Source of the DNA: Octopus sinensis | Lineage: Eukaryota | Direction of reading: 5' to 3' | Length of the DNA: 48,997 bases | Assembly (NCBI RefSeq): GCF_006345805.1 | Contig: NW_021835815.1 | Location: 1-48,997 of the forward strand | Shown here: piece after piece, positions 38,120 to 48,997 of the stretch | How positions within the stretch are numbered: the stretch's first letter is position 1 | Layout of the letters: the number at the start of each line of letters is the position of its first letter | Made by a program: the position numbers and the translations under genes | Notes under the pieces: model-generated | Told to the model about the DNA's origin: nothing | The model's database searches: none | What the model saw: only the letters and a program-made list of their open reading frames with translations

Positions 38120-38785
38120 AATTAGGGTATCTACGAGATACCACCATGCTGAAAATAGCAGCCATGATCTGACTCTAAAAGCACCTTAATTGTTCATATA
38201 TCGACACAGAGAGAATCCCGGACTTCTGGCTTTGCATTTGGGAATGCTTTGCCTCTTCAGTAGAATACACACAGAAGAGAAACATAAATACATATATACA
38301 TAAATACAACCTACGAATACTTACATATACGAACGTATACCTACATATATATGCACGTATGCATCATTGTCAGTTCAAAATGCCCGCCATTTAATTCCAT
38401 GTGAGATATGGTCAAAATATCGCCACAATAAATTGTGACGAAATAAATTTAGATTTATATAAATAAGGATAAGATCGTTAATTTAAAAATAAAACAACGA
38501 TTTTATCAAGTGGTCAGCTTGGAAAAATAACCTTCAAAGGTAATACTTATTAAAAATATAAATTAGGGTATCTACGAGATACCACCATGCTGAAAATAGC
38601 AGCCATGATCTTACTCTAAAACCACTTTAATTGTCCATATATCAACACAGAGAGAAAACAAAGAGACAAGATGAAACTAGTAAAAAATTACTGGATAATT
38701 CTAGATCCCGGATTGCTGACTTTGCATTTGGGAATGCTTTGCCTCGTCAGTGGAATACGCACAGAAGAGAAACATAAATACATGT
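38111..38785 (+). repeat. Local direct duplication (~185 bp; copies at ~38111-38295 and ~38554-38785)
   Basis: ATAAATTAGGGTATCTACGAGATACCACCATGCTGAAAATAGCAGCCATGATCT occurs twice; the second copy has ~50 extra bp. Confidence 0.9.
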
Positions 38786-38799
38786 TTATATATATATTT

Positions 38800-39450
38800 C
38801 CGTTCAGAAATATGGACCCCGTTGGGAAATATGAACCCCGTTGGGAAATATGGACTTCCATTGGGAAATATGGACCCCGTTGGGAAATACGGACCTCCGT
38901 TGAGAAATATGGACCCTGTTGGGAAATACGCCCCTCCCGTTGGGAAATACGAACCCCCGTTCAGAAATATGGACCCCGTTGGGAAATACGGACCTCCCGT
39001 TGGGAAATACGAACCCCCGTTCAGAAATATGGACCCTGTTGGGAAATACGGACCTCCCGTTGGGAAATACGAACCCCCGTTCAGAAATATGGACCCCGTT
39101 GGGAAATACGAACCCCCGTTCAGAAATATGGACCCCGTTGGGAAATATGGACCTCCCGTTGGGAAATACGAACCCCCGTTCAGAAATATGGACCCCGTTG
39201 GGAAATACGGACCTCCCGTTGGGAAATACGAACCCCCGTTCAGAAATATGGACCCTGTTGGGAAATACGGACCTCCCGTTGGGAAATACGAACCCCCGTT
39301 CAGAAATATGGACCCTGTTGGGAAATACGGACCTCCCGTTGGGAAATACGAACCCCCGTTCAGAAATATGGACCCTGTTGGGAAATACGGACCTCCCGTT
39401 GGGAAATACGAACCCCCGTTCAGAAATATGGACCCTGTTGGGAAATACGG
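38800..39450. repeat. Minisatellite with 19/21/20-bp subunits forming a 60-bp higher-order repeat
   Basis: GTTCAGAAATATGGACCCT + GTTGGGAAATACGGACCTCCC + GTTGGGAAATACGAACCCCC, repeated. Confidence 0.95.
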
Positions 39451-40620
39451 TGCTAGACACAGGGTAAAACTTACAGAGGACGTCTGTCCAAAAACTGTCA
39501 AACTTCAGCAGCAAAAGTGTCAAAAAAAGATAAATGACCCTTTTCCCACCCAAGGGTAACTAAAACTGTTCGTCGCAAGGGAATTGCATAAATATGGGTA
39601 TCATAGCAGGGCTGCAATTGTTAAGCCTCTTGTGTCCACCGCCAGCTTTGAAATTCGGAAGAAAAAAGTAGCACTCCGTTGTTTACTACGACGATGTTTC
39701 CAGTTAATCCAATCAACGAAACAGCGAGCTTGTGAAATGAACGTGCAAGTGGCTGAGTACTCCACAGATACACGTACTATTTAGTGTAGTTCTCAGGGGG
39801 ATTCAGCGTGACACTGAATGTGACAAGGCTGACCGTTTATATTACAGGTACCTCTCATTTATGCCAGATGAGTAAACTGTTGCTACGTGAAATAAAGCGT
39901 CTTGCTCAAGGACCCATCGCGACGGCGAGAATTGAACTCAAAACATTACAGTCATAAGCCGAAACTTTAATCACTAAGTTACGCATCCTCACAAATACCG
40001 ACTCTCTAGACTCAAAGATACGAAGAAATAATGCCATTGACTCTGAAGAATTATCTTTCAGTTTTTCACACCTCGGGTGAATTTATGTCTGAAGACATCT
40101 CAAAGAAGTCTTCAACCCTGAATGTTTAGCCCTTACTGTGAAGCATGGAATTTCTATCATGCTTTAAGCAGCCAAATTACGGGATACTCTGGAGTCTTTG
40201 GCTTTTTCTACATGGCAGAGTTGACGCCAAAACCTCTCCAAGTATTTTCACAGATCATATGTCCATCTTATTGTATAAACGTTGTTCCTTGATGGCAGCA
40301 CAATCTCCCAGGAAAATAATATGCCGATTCACACGGCTACTGTTCTTCAAAATTTGTACGAAGTTCACAAAAGCAAAGTATCCTATCGCTCCCCACTCGC
40401 ACCGCCGTCAACTGATTTAAATATAATCGATCATTTATGGCGTATTTTGGAACATCATTGGTGGAATCGCTGGCTTCTACCGTCGTCGCTGAAAGAGCTA
40501 AGGTAGGTTTTACTTGAGAATCGCTCAAAAATTCCTCTAACAAGCGTTCGGAGCATGTACGTATCAATTTCTGCAAGTATGAACGTTACGATTGATGTCA
40601 AAGTTGGAAAAACTCTATAA
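39451..40620 (+). pseudogene. Degraded Tc1 (DD34E-like) transposase interrupted by a SINE
   Basis: KTVRR-ELHKYGYHSRAAIVKPLVS before the SINE; PECLALTVKHG, NMPIHTA and PPSTDLNIIDHLWRILE after it. Confidence 0.78.
39670..39990 (-). mobile_element. SINE family C-like head/CORE with tail type 3
   Basis: Minus strand GAGTTCAATTCTC, GTCCTTGAGCAAGACGCTTTATTTCACG, and a tail shared with 44678-44860. Confidence 0.72.
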
Positions 40621-40650
40621 TACTTTATATAACTTTCATTTATAAAGGTA

Positions 40651-40951
40651 CTAGCAGTATCGCCCGGCGTTGTTCGGGTTTGTAAGGGAAATAATTATAT
40701 AAGCATTTTTAGAGAGTTACTTCCCTTATATAATAGCAAAAAATGCATTAAAAATGGGAAAAAATGATGGTAAATTTTTTTTAAATCGTAGACTCATCGT
40801 AGACGCGCGCTAATACCCAGAAGGGCTCGATATGAATCACGACTATAAGACACCCGCTTTTGGTTAAACTGCACCGCAAAATGTGGGAGTTGTTAGGAAT
40901 CTAAATCGTAGGAGACAGACACTCACACAACTTCACTTTTATATATAAAGA
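40651..40951 (-). mobile_element. Non-autonomous Helitron (301 bp)
   Basis: Minus strand begins A|TCTTTATATATAAAAG and ends CCCGAACAACGCCGGG-cgatactg-CTAG|T: 5' TC, subterminal hairpin, 3' CTAG, inserted between A and T with no TSD. Confidence 0.88.
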
Positions 40952-41186
40952 TATATATGTATGAACCTTGGATAGAGTGAAAGATAACTGTTATAGTGAA
41001 AAAATATAAATACGATGATCCGTACAGCAAGATAAACACAAGACGGAGATAAGAAATAGAACAGATAACAACATGACAACAGTGAATTAAGTCGATACGT
41101 TCAATTAGTTCCACCCCCTACACCATGGGTTATTATAACTATTATCATTATTATCATTATTATTAGTAGTAGTAGCAGTAGTTGTG

Positions 41187-41261
<75 letters not shown>

Positions 41262-41264
41262 ATA

Positions 41265-42554
41265 CGAGGGACGTTCAATAAGTAATGCCCCTGACCCACT
41301 TCCCATAGCAGTAGAGCAACGAAACTTGGCACAGTTATTAGTCTTTTTCTACATAGGAACCACCCAGAGTTACGCATTTCTCCGATCGTTTGATGCGGCT
41401 CTGGAGACCGTTTTTCTAGAAGAACCCAGCTTGGTCCTCCAACCTGAACGTGACTTCAGAAATCAAGGCTGCATCATCTGAGAAACGCTTTCCTTTCAAA
41501 AACAACTTCATGCTTGGGAAGAGGTGAAAATCAGAGGGTGCAAGGTCAGGAAAGTAGGGGGAGTGGGGAGGAGTTCATAGCCATACGCCTGTGCTTCTGA
41601 TCTGGCGACAAGCGAGTTGTGGACCGGAGCGTTGTCCTGCAGGAGGAGGATGCCTTTGCTGATTTTGCCCCGCCTCTTGATTTTGATAACTTCTCTTAAT
41701 TTCCTCAAAAGTGAAGCATAATAGGCTCCTGCAATTGTGGTACCCTTTGCCAGGAAATCTGTCATCACTACTCCGTCCTGGTCCCAGAAGACTGTGAGCA
41801 TGACCTTGCCAGCTGAGGGCTGCACCCTTGCATTCTTTGGAGGGGGTGAGTCACGGTGCTTCCACTGCATTGACTGGGATTTGGTCTCTGGATCATCGTG
41901 ATGGACCCAGGTTTCATCCTGTGTAATCAGTCTTTTGAAAAATTTTGACTCATCTTCTTGGCACATCTCCAACTTCACCCTCGAGCACTCGACGCGTTCT
42001 TGCTTCTGGAAAGGCGTGAGCAACCTGGGAATCCATCTGGCAGACACCTTTTGCATATGCAAATGGTCATGAATGATAGTTTCCACAGACCCGGTACTAA
42101 TCTTGACCTCATGGGCTATTTGGCGAATAGTTATGCGTCGATCTTCCAAAATGGCAGCCTCAACTTGACGGACAGATGCCTCATCAACGGCAGAAGGGGC
42201 GACCAGATCTGGGACCTGTTTCCACAGAGTTCCGACCATGTTTGAATTCACGATGCCAGCGTTTTACAAGGTCATATGATGGGGCATCATCACCATAAGT
42301 TACTTTCCTTTCATCAAAAGTTTCCCGTGGTGTGCGTCCTTTCAAATGCAAAAACCGGATCACTGCTCGACACTCAACAGGCTCCATTTCACACTTGACT
42401 CGGTTCAAACCCCTGTAAATCAAAAACCACAATTAATTCAGAGCTGTAATTTGCCACTTACTCTATAGAGATATAAATGATTGCACATGCAAAATTCCAG
42501 CTAGATCAAACAACTGCAAGTGGGTCAGAGGCATTACTTATTGAACGTCCCTCG
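41265..42554 (-). mobile_element. Full-length mariner transposon (1290 bp)
   Basis: 37-bp TIRs CGAGGGACGTTCAATAAGTAATGCC(C/T)CTGACCCACTT with one mismatch; TA on both flanks (41263-41264 and 42555-42556); inserted in (GTA)n. Confidence 0.96.
41338..42387 (-). pseudogene. Mariner DD34D transposase, frameshifted
   Basis: MEPVECRAVIRFL...PRSGRP / VSARWIPRLLT / ITQDETWVHH / LLQDNAPVH / PDLAPSDF / GGSYVEKD*. Frameshifts near 42190 and 41560. Confidence 0.93.
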
Positions 42555-42631
42555 TAGAGGTAGTAGCAGCAGTAGTAGTAGTAGTGGTGGTAGTGGTGGC
42601 GGTGGTGGTGATGGTGTTGGTGGTGGTGTTG

Positions 42632-42675
<44 letters not shown>

Positions 42676-42685
42676 GGTGGTGGTG

Positions 42686-42730
<45 letters not shown>

Positions 42731-42945
42731 AAGAAGTGAGCTGTCAGAATAGTTAGCACACCAGGCGAAATGCTTAGCTGTTTTTCGCCCGACTCTACGT
42801 TCTGAGTTCAAATTCCGTCGAGGTCGACTTTGCCTTTCATCCTTTCGGGATCGATTAAATAAGTACCAGTTACGCACTGGAGTTGATGTAATTGATTTAA
42901 TCCCTTCATCCAAATTTGAGGCACTTGTGCTTCCAGTGGTAAGGA
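42731..42945 (+). mobile_element. SINE family A copy (the only plus-strand copy seen), followed by (TTA)n
   Basis: GTTCTGAGTTCAAATTCCGTCGAGGTCGACTTTGCCTTTCATCCTTTCGGGATCGATTAAATAAGTACCAG. Confidence 0.85.
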
Positions 42946-42947
42946 TA

Positions 42948-43007
<60 letters not shown>

Positions 43008-43010
43008 ATC

Positions 43011-43050
<40 letters not shown>

Positions 43051-43269
43051 ACAACATCATTATCATCATCAATAATCAATTATCAATGAAGGTCACACCC
43101 AGCCAGACACACACACACATACACATATATGTCTATGGAGAAAGACGAAAACAGTTTGAAAGAGAAAATAATATAGAAATAAATATAAATATATACATAT
43201 ACTATGTACATACACACACGCACATACATAAGCACACGCACAGTCTTACACACACACACACACACACGT

Positions 43270-43385
43270 ATTCCCTCTCTATCTATTTCCGCTGAAGTGC
43301 GTAGGCTCGAAACGTAAAAGACTTCCATTTTCTCAAACGACAAACTATTACACTTGCTTTCGTCTTTTGTTTTTCTGTAAATTTG
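43270..43385 (+). mobile_element. Short element with hammerhead-like motif
   Basis: CCGCTGAAGTGCGTAGGCTCGAAACGTAAAAGA, homologous to the motif at 27541. Confidence 0.6.
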
Positions 43386-43400
43386 AAGTATGTATTATAC

Positions 43401-43447
<47 letters not shown>

Positions 43448-43449
<2 letters not shown>

Positions 43450-43640
43450 AGGCGCAAGGGCCCAGTGGTTAGGGCAGGGGACTCGTAGTTTCGATTCCCA
43501 GACCGGGCGTTGTGAGTGTTTATTGAGCGAAAAATACCTAAAGCTCCACGAGGCTCCAGCAGCGGGTGGGGGGACGATCCCCGCTGTACTCTTTCTCCAC
43601 AACTTTCTCTCCCACTTCTGTTGGCCTGCTCACTCAGCCA
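43448..43640 (+). mobile_element. tRNA-derived SINE family D copy
   Basis: GGAGGCGCAAGGGCCCAGTGGTTAGGGCAG...TTTCGATTCCCAGACCGGGCGTTGTGAGTG; inverted homolog at 44860-45056. Confidence 0.75.
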
Positions 43641-44339
43641 TTTGAACATCTGATAGCCTGGTCGATCACGCGTATATATATATATCCATACATACGTACA
43701 CATACACATACATATACATACATACTCCTGTTTATCTTTAAATATTCATATCTCTGTCTGAGATCTACCTGTCATTATATTTAACCTATCATATTAACAA
43801 ATATTAAAAAATGAACACAAAATGCGTCTATAAACTTTGGACCGATGAAAGGTAGTGGGTGTTACAACTCTGAAAAGCAACGCCAATTCGATCACGTATG
43901 TTCAATAGTCTTGCCCAAACCTGGGAAAACACGATATTTTTCTCACGGACTGGAATACACTTTATCAATATATAATGAATGATTATTTTATTTCTTCGGC
44001 CAAATCAAGCTAAATCCTGTTATTCGTTGCTCCTCTGGATTATTTACGATTTTTATCAATTTTCGTTTATATTTTTCTTTTCCTTTTTTATACTTATATT
44101 CATATTTCGATATTTTATATTTACCTTTTAAGAGCGTAATCGATCATCGATTTCTATTATCAATATCAATATATATATATATGTGTGTATGCGCGTATAT
44201 GGGAGCACGTGTGCATGTGTGTGCGTGGCTATAGATGTGAATGTATGCATGTGTATTTATTTGCGTACACTACAATGTGTCGTACGCATATGTCTGTATG
44301 TGCGTGTGTGGAGGGACAGAGGGAAACAGAGAGATATCG

Positions 44340-44607
<268 letters not shown>

Positions 44608-44677
44608 ACAGTATGTATGTACGTGTAGCTATAGTTATAGATTCATGTTAGATTCATATACATATATACGTGAATAA

Positions 44678-45056
44678 TGTGGCGCTCCGTCGGTTGCGAC
44701 GACAAGATTTCCAGCTGATCTTATCAACGGAACAGCCTGCTCGTGAAATAAACGTGCAAGTGGCTGAGCACTACACAGGCACATGTACCCTTAACGCAGT
44801 CCTCAAGGAGATTCAGCATGACACAGTGTTTCAACGCTGGCCCTTCGAAATACAGGTACAGCAGAAACAGGAAAAAAGAGTGACAGAAAACTGTGGTGAA
44901 AGCATACAGCAGGGTTCACCACCACCCCCTGCCGGAGCCTAGTAGAGCTTTAGATGTTTTCGCACAATAAACACTCACAACGCCCGGTCTGGAAATCGAA
45001 ACCGCGATCCTACAACCGCGAATCCGCTGCCCTAACAACTGGACCATCCGCCTCCA
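44678..45056 (-). mobile_element. SINE family D, full length, with tail type 3
   Basis: Head homologous to 43448; tail homologous to 39670-39850. Confidence 0.78.
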
Positions 45057-45061
45057 CGTAC

Positions 45062-45254
45062 TTTCATTTTTGTTTTCTTTTATCTGTTTCAGCCATTTGA
45101 CTGCGGTCATGCTGGAGCACCGCCTTTAGTCGGACAAATCGACCCCAGGACTTATTCTTCGTAAGCCTACAACTTATTACGGGGGACATAAACACACCAA
45201 CATCGGTTGTCAAGCGATGGTGGAGGGACAACACAGACACACAAACATATACGC

Positions 45255-45313
<59 letters not shown>

Positions 45314-45477
45314 CGACAGGCTTCTTTCAGTTCCGTCTACCAAATCCACTCACAAGGCTTTGGTCGGCCCGAGGCTATAGTAGAAGACACTTGCTCAAGG
45401 TGCCACGCAGTGGGATTAAACCCGGAATCAAGTGGTTGGTAAGCAAGTTACTTACCACACACAGCCACTCCTGCGCC
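45062..45477 (-). mobile_element. SINE family B copy
   Basis: Reverse complement of the family B consensus with internal (TA)n. Confidence 0.87.
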
Positions 45478-45534
45478 TATACGTGCATATATATGTCTAT
45501 GCCTAAATGTGATTATTTCTCTCTCTCTCTCTCA

Positions 45535-45572
<38 letters not shown>

Positions 45573-45835
45573 CTCTATCTCTTTATCTCTCGGGATGTAT
45601 ATGTGTGTGTAGGCATGTATTTATGTATGTATATACGTTTGTATGTATACTTAAATAGATAGATAGATAGATACATACATACATACATACATACATACAT
45701 ACACACATAGACTTACAGACAGACAGAAAGACAGATAGATACATTGATTGATCGATTAATTGACTGATTCATTAATTGATGATTGACTGATTGAGAGATA
45801 TAGCTATACAAAGAAAGAGATACGTATATTTGTAC

Positions 45836-45884
<49 letters not shown>

Positions 45885-45892
45885 TATATATA

Positions 45893-45946
<54 letters not shown>

Positions 45947-47025
45947 TTTATTTATTTAAAGGTTTGAGTATGTTTATACCTATACACGTATATATGAATT
46001 TTATACATATACATATACACAAGCAGATCTGTGTGCGTATGTATATAACACACACACACAGCCCACTACATCTCTCCCCCCCACCCCCATCCACCCTCCA
46101 CCTCCACACAAAAGAATGGTTCTGCACGGCAGAAGAGCTGCTAACGAAAACATCGAAATCGTTAAGAAGCTGGTTTCATTGTACCTCAAAAACATCATCA
46201 GTAAGAAGATGAAGAATTCTTTTGAAAGACTCGTGGGAAATCACACCATTCCAATATGTAATTACTAGCTTTTTGTTGCATCTTTCGCTGCCAAATAACC
46301 AAATAGTAACCCTTGTCGAAGAGTGATGCTGGGTTTTTTTCTTTTTTTTTTCTCTCTTTCTGTATTTTTCTTGTTTTCCGTTTGTTTGTTTGTTTTGAGG
46401 TTTCAAAAAATTAGATGAGAGATATTTTTTTTTTTTTTGTTATTTTAGCGTTTTGCTCATTTCTTTTTTTTTTTCAGTAAAAATATTGTTGATTGGAACA
46501 GGTGATGGCTGTGATGATGATATTGATGATGGTGGTGGTTATTAGTGTTATTGTGGTGATGATGATGATGACGACGACGACAATTGGTTATGATAAAGAA
46601 AGCTATAATAATGTTTAACATTGCTACTACCTCTAGTATACCACTACTACTACTACGACGACGACTACCACCACCACCACTACCACTCCTAATAATAATG
46701 TTAACTACTCTAGGCGCAAGGCCCGAAATTTTGGGGCAGGGTGCCAGTCAATTAGATCGGTCTCAGTATGCAACTGGTACTTAATTTATCGGCCCCGAAA
46801 GGATGAATAGCAATAATAGCAGCCTAATAATAATAATGATGATGATAATAATAATAATAATGATTATGATAATAATAATAATAATATTAATAAAAATAAT
46901 ACACACGCATACACATATATATATGGAAACAAATATAAACAGACACACACACGTTATACACACATATGTATTTACATGTATACATGCGTATGCATTTATA
47001 TGTATGCTTGTATGTTGTGTGTATA

Positions 47026-47065
<40 letters not shown>

Positions 47066-47159
47066 AAAGATTCTTTTACGTTAATATGGTGGACAGGTCA
47101 GTTTTAACTTCCCTACTATTATAATGTAAACATTTTTGAACTCATAATATTCTGTGCGT

Positions 47160-47585
47160 GTATACCAATATTCCACTGAACATTTTAATAATTCCTTCTG
47201 GAAATTATCTTTTACATTTTCTTGAGAATGTATATATTTGTTGTAATCTTTTGTGCCCAATATTTCAATGAACTTGTTAAACATTTTTATGTTCTTAACG
47301 TGCTCTTGTCACCAAAGAATGTATATATATGTATTGTAGTACTCTGTGACAACCAATATTCTCTGCGTGTTTGAATATACAGATACAATACCAATATCCC
47401 ACTGAACTTTTTAATAATTCCTTCTGGAAACTATCTTTAACATTTTCTTGAGAATGTATATTTATGTTGTAAACTTTTGTGCCCAATATTTTAAGGAACT
47501 TGTTAAACTTTTTTATGTCCTTGACATGTTCTTGTTACCAAAGACTGTATATATGTAATGTAGCATTTTGTAATAACCAATTATT
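47160..47585. repeat. Diverged tandem duplication, unit ~226 bp
   Basis: TACCAATAT(T/C)CCACTGAAC..TTTAATAATTCCTTCTGGAAA begins at ~47163 and ~47389. Confidence 0.88.
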
Positions 47586-47694
47586 AACGCAACCAAACTT
47601 TTACATGTTACTTTTGACAATCTTTTTCCAAAGAGTGAAACTGGTAAAGTAAATAAACATCTTTTAAAATTGCACATTTTCAAACCTTTTTTTG

Positions 47695-47738
<44 letters not shown>

Positions 47739-48407
47739 GCACACACACACATACACACACATACACACATACACACGCATACACACACGACTAGCTTGTT
47801 TCAGTTTCTGCCTAACCACTCCATTCATACGGCTTTGGAGGTCCTGGCGTTAATGTAAAAGATGTTACTGCGCCCCACAACACACAAACACACAGAGAAC
47901 TTAGAAACGTAGGGGTCAACAAGAAGGCCTACAATCGGACATCTATTTTTCAATCCCTACAAATATTTGTACGTAACGTAAATCTACGTTGCCTGGAGAA
48001 CTACGTTGCGTAGAAACAATTGTAGTGATTGAAAAATGAATGTCCAATCGTACTTCTTCTTGTTGACTCCTAATTTTTTTTTCCACTGATATCTTCACAC
48101 ACGATAGATGCCCAAAGACAAGCCTTGGATAGCAGAAGGTGAACTCTGAAGGTGGACGAGCTTTATACTGTACTCTGCTACGTTCGTAACAGAATATACC
48201 ATAACTAGATAGATAGGTAGATAGAGAAAGAGGGGGGAGAAGGAGAGAGAGAGGGGGTAGAAGGAGGAGGAAAGGGGAGAGAGAAAGAAATAAAGAAAAG
48301 AAGGAAAAAAGAAGGAAAGAGGGAAAAAAGAAAGAAAGAAAGAAGGAAAGAAGGAAAGCAACAAGAAAGTAAGTAAGAAAGACAGAAATAAACAAACAAA
48401 CAAAGTT

Positions 48408-48575
<168 letters not shown>

Positions 48576-48821
48576 ATAGATATATCGATATGATTTTCAG
48601 TATGTGTGTTTCTGTATTTGTGTGAATGTGTTTGCGTGTTTATATTATAGAAACACGTTGTGTGTTTGCAACATTTCACAAAATGTTCACGATAAGTCAG
48701 ATATTTACAGAAAAGAAACATCCAGAAAAAAAACTCACCCTAAAAAGAAATTCTTAAATTACATCCTTGTCTAACACTGAATATATTTTATTTCACAAAT
48801 ATTTTACAACAAAATAAATTC

Positions 48822-48997
48822 CACTTCCCTTCCTTCTTTTATCCTTTCTTCTTTCCCCCCTTGTATCCATTCTCCTTTCCTTCCTTCTTTTATCTTTTCT
48901 CCTTTCCTTCCTTTTTTTATCCTTTCTCCTTTCCTTCCGTCTTGTATCCTTTCTCCTTTCCTTTCTTCTTGTATCCTTTCTCCTTTCCTTCCGTCTT
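48822..48997 (+). repeat. Pyrimidine-rich minisatellite (~26-27-bp unit TATCCTTTCTCCTTTCCTTCCGTCTTG), runs off the window end
   Basis: Direct reading of about six degenerate units. Confidence 0.8.

Noticed and set aside
38800-39450. CRISPR-like appearance of regular repeats
   Set aside because: There are no unique spacers or cas genes and the context is eukaryotic; it is a tandem minisatellite.
46116-46268. Short ATG-initiated frame MVLHGRRAANENIEIVKKLVSLYLKNII...
   Set aside because: About 50 aa with no recognisable homology or splice support.

Overview
Eukaryotic, AT-rich, microsatellite-saturated DNA that is almost entirely non-coding. The repeat content suggests a coleoid cephalopod such as Octopus (inference). 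Nearly all ORFs in the supplied track are translations of simple repeats, and no host gene is confidently recognisable; there is one weak terminal-exon candidate at 20256-20326. The window is dense in mobile elements: four tRNA-derived SINE families with interchangeable tails; 3' ends of R4/Dong-, CR1/L2-group- and L1/Tx1-like LINEs; a Penelope-like RT plus GIY-YIG relic; a near-complete mariner; three Tc1/mariner-superfamily relics; a non-autonomous Helitron; and a Helentron/HINE-like element. The most interesting signals are (i) a dispersed family of ~200-bp elements carrying variant minimal hammerhead-ribozyme folds; (ii) a SINE subfamily whose tail matches the L1/Tx1-like LINE 3' end and which twice joins the identical nucleotide inside another copy of its own family; (iii) a second SINE/LINE pair sharing a covarying 3' stem-loop; (iv) an atypical tRNA-like gene with encoded CCA and a Pol III terminator; (v) a ~580-bp fold-back palindrome; and (vi) a 60-bp higher-order minisatellite. 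All coordinates and counts were read by eye and are approximate unless exact termini are quoted.
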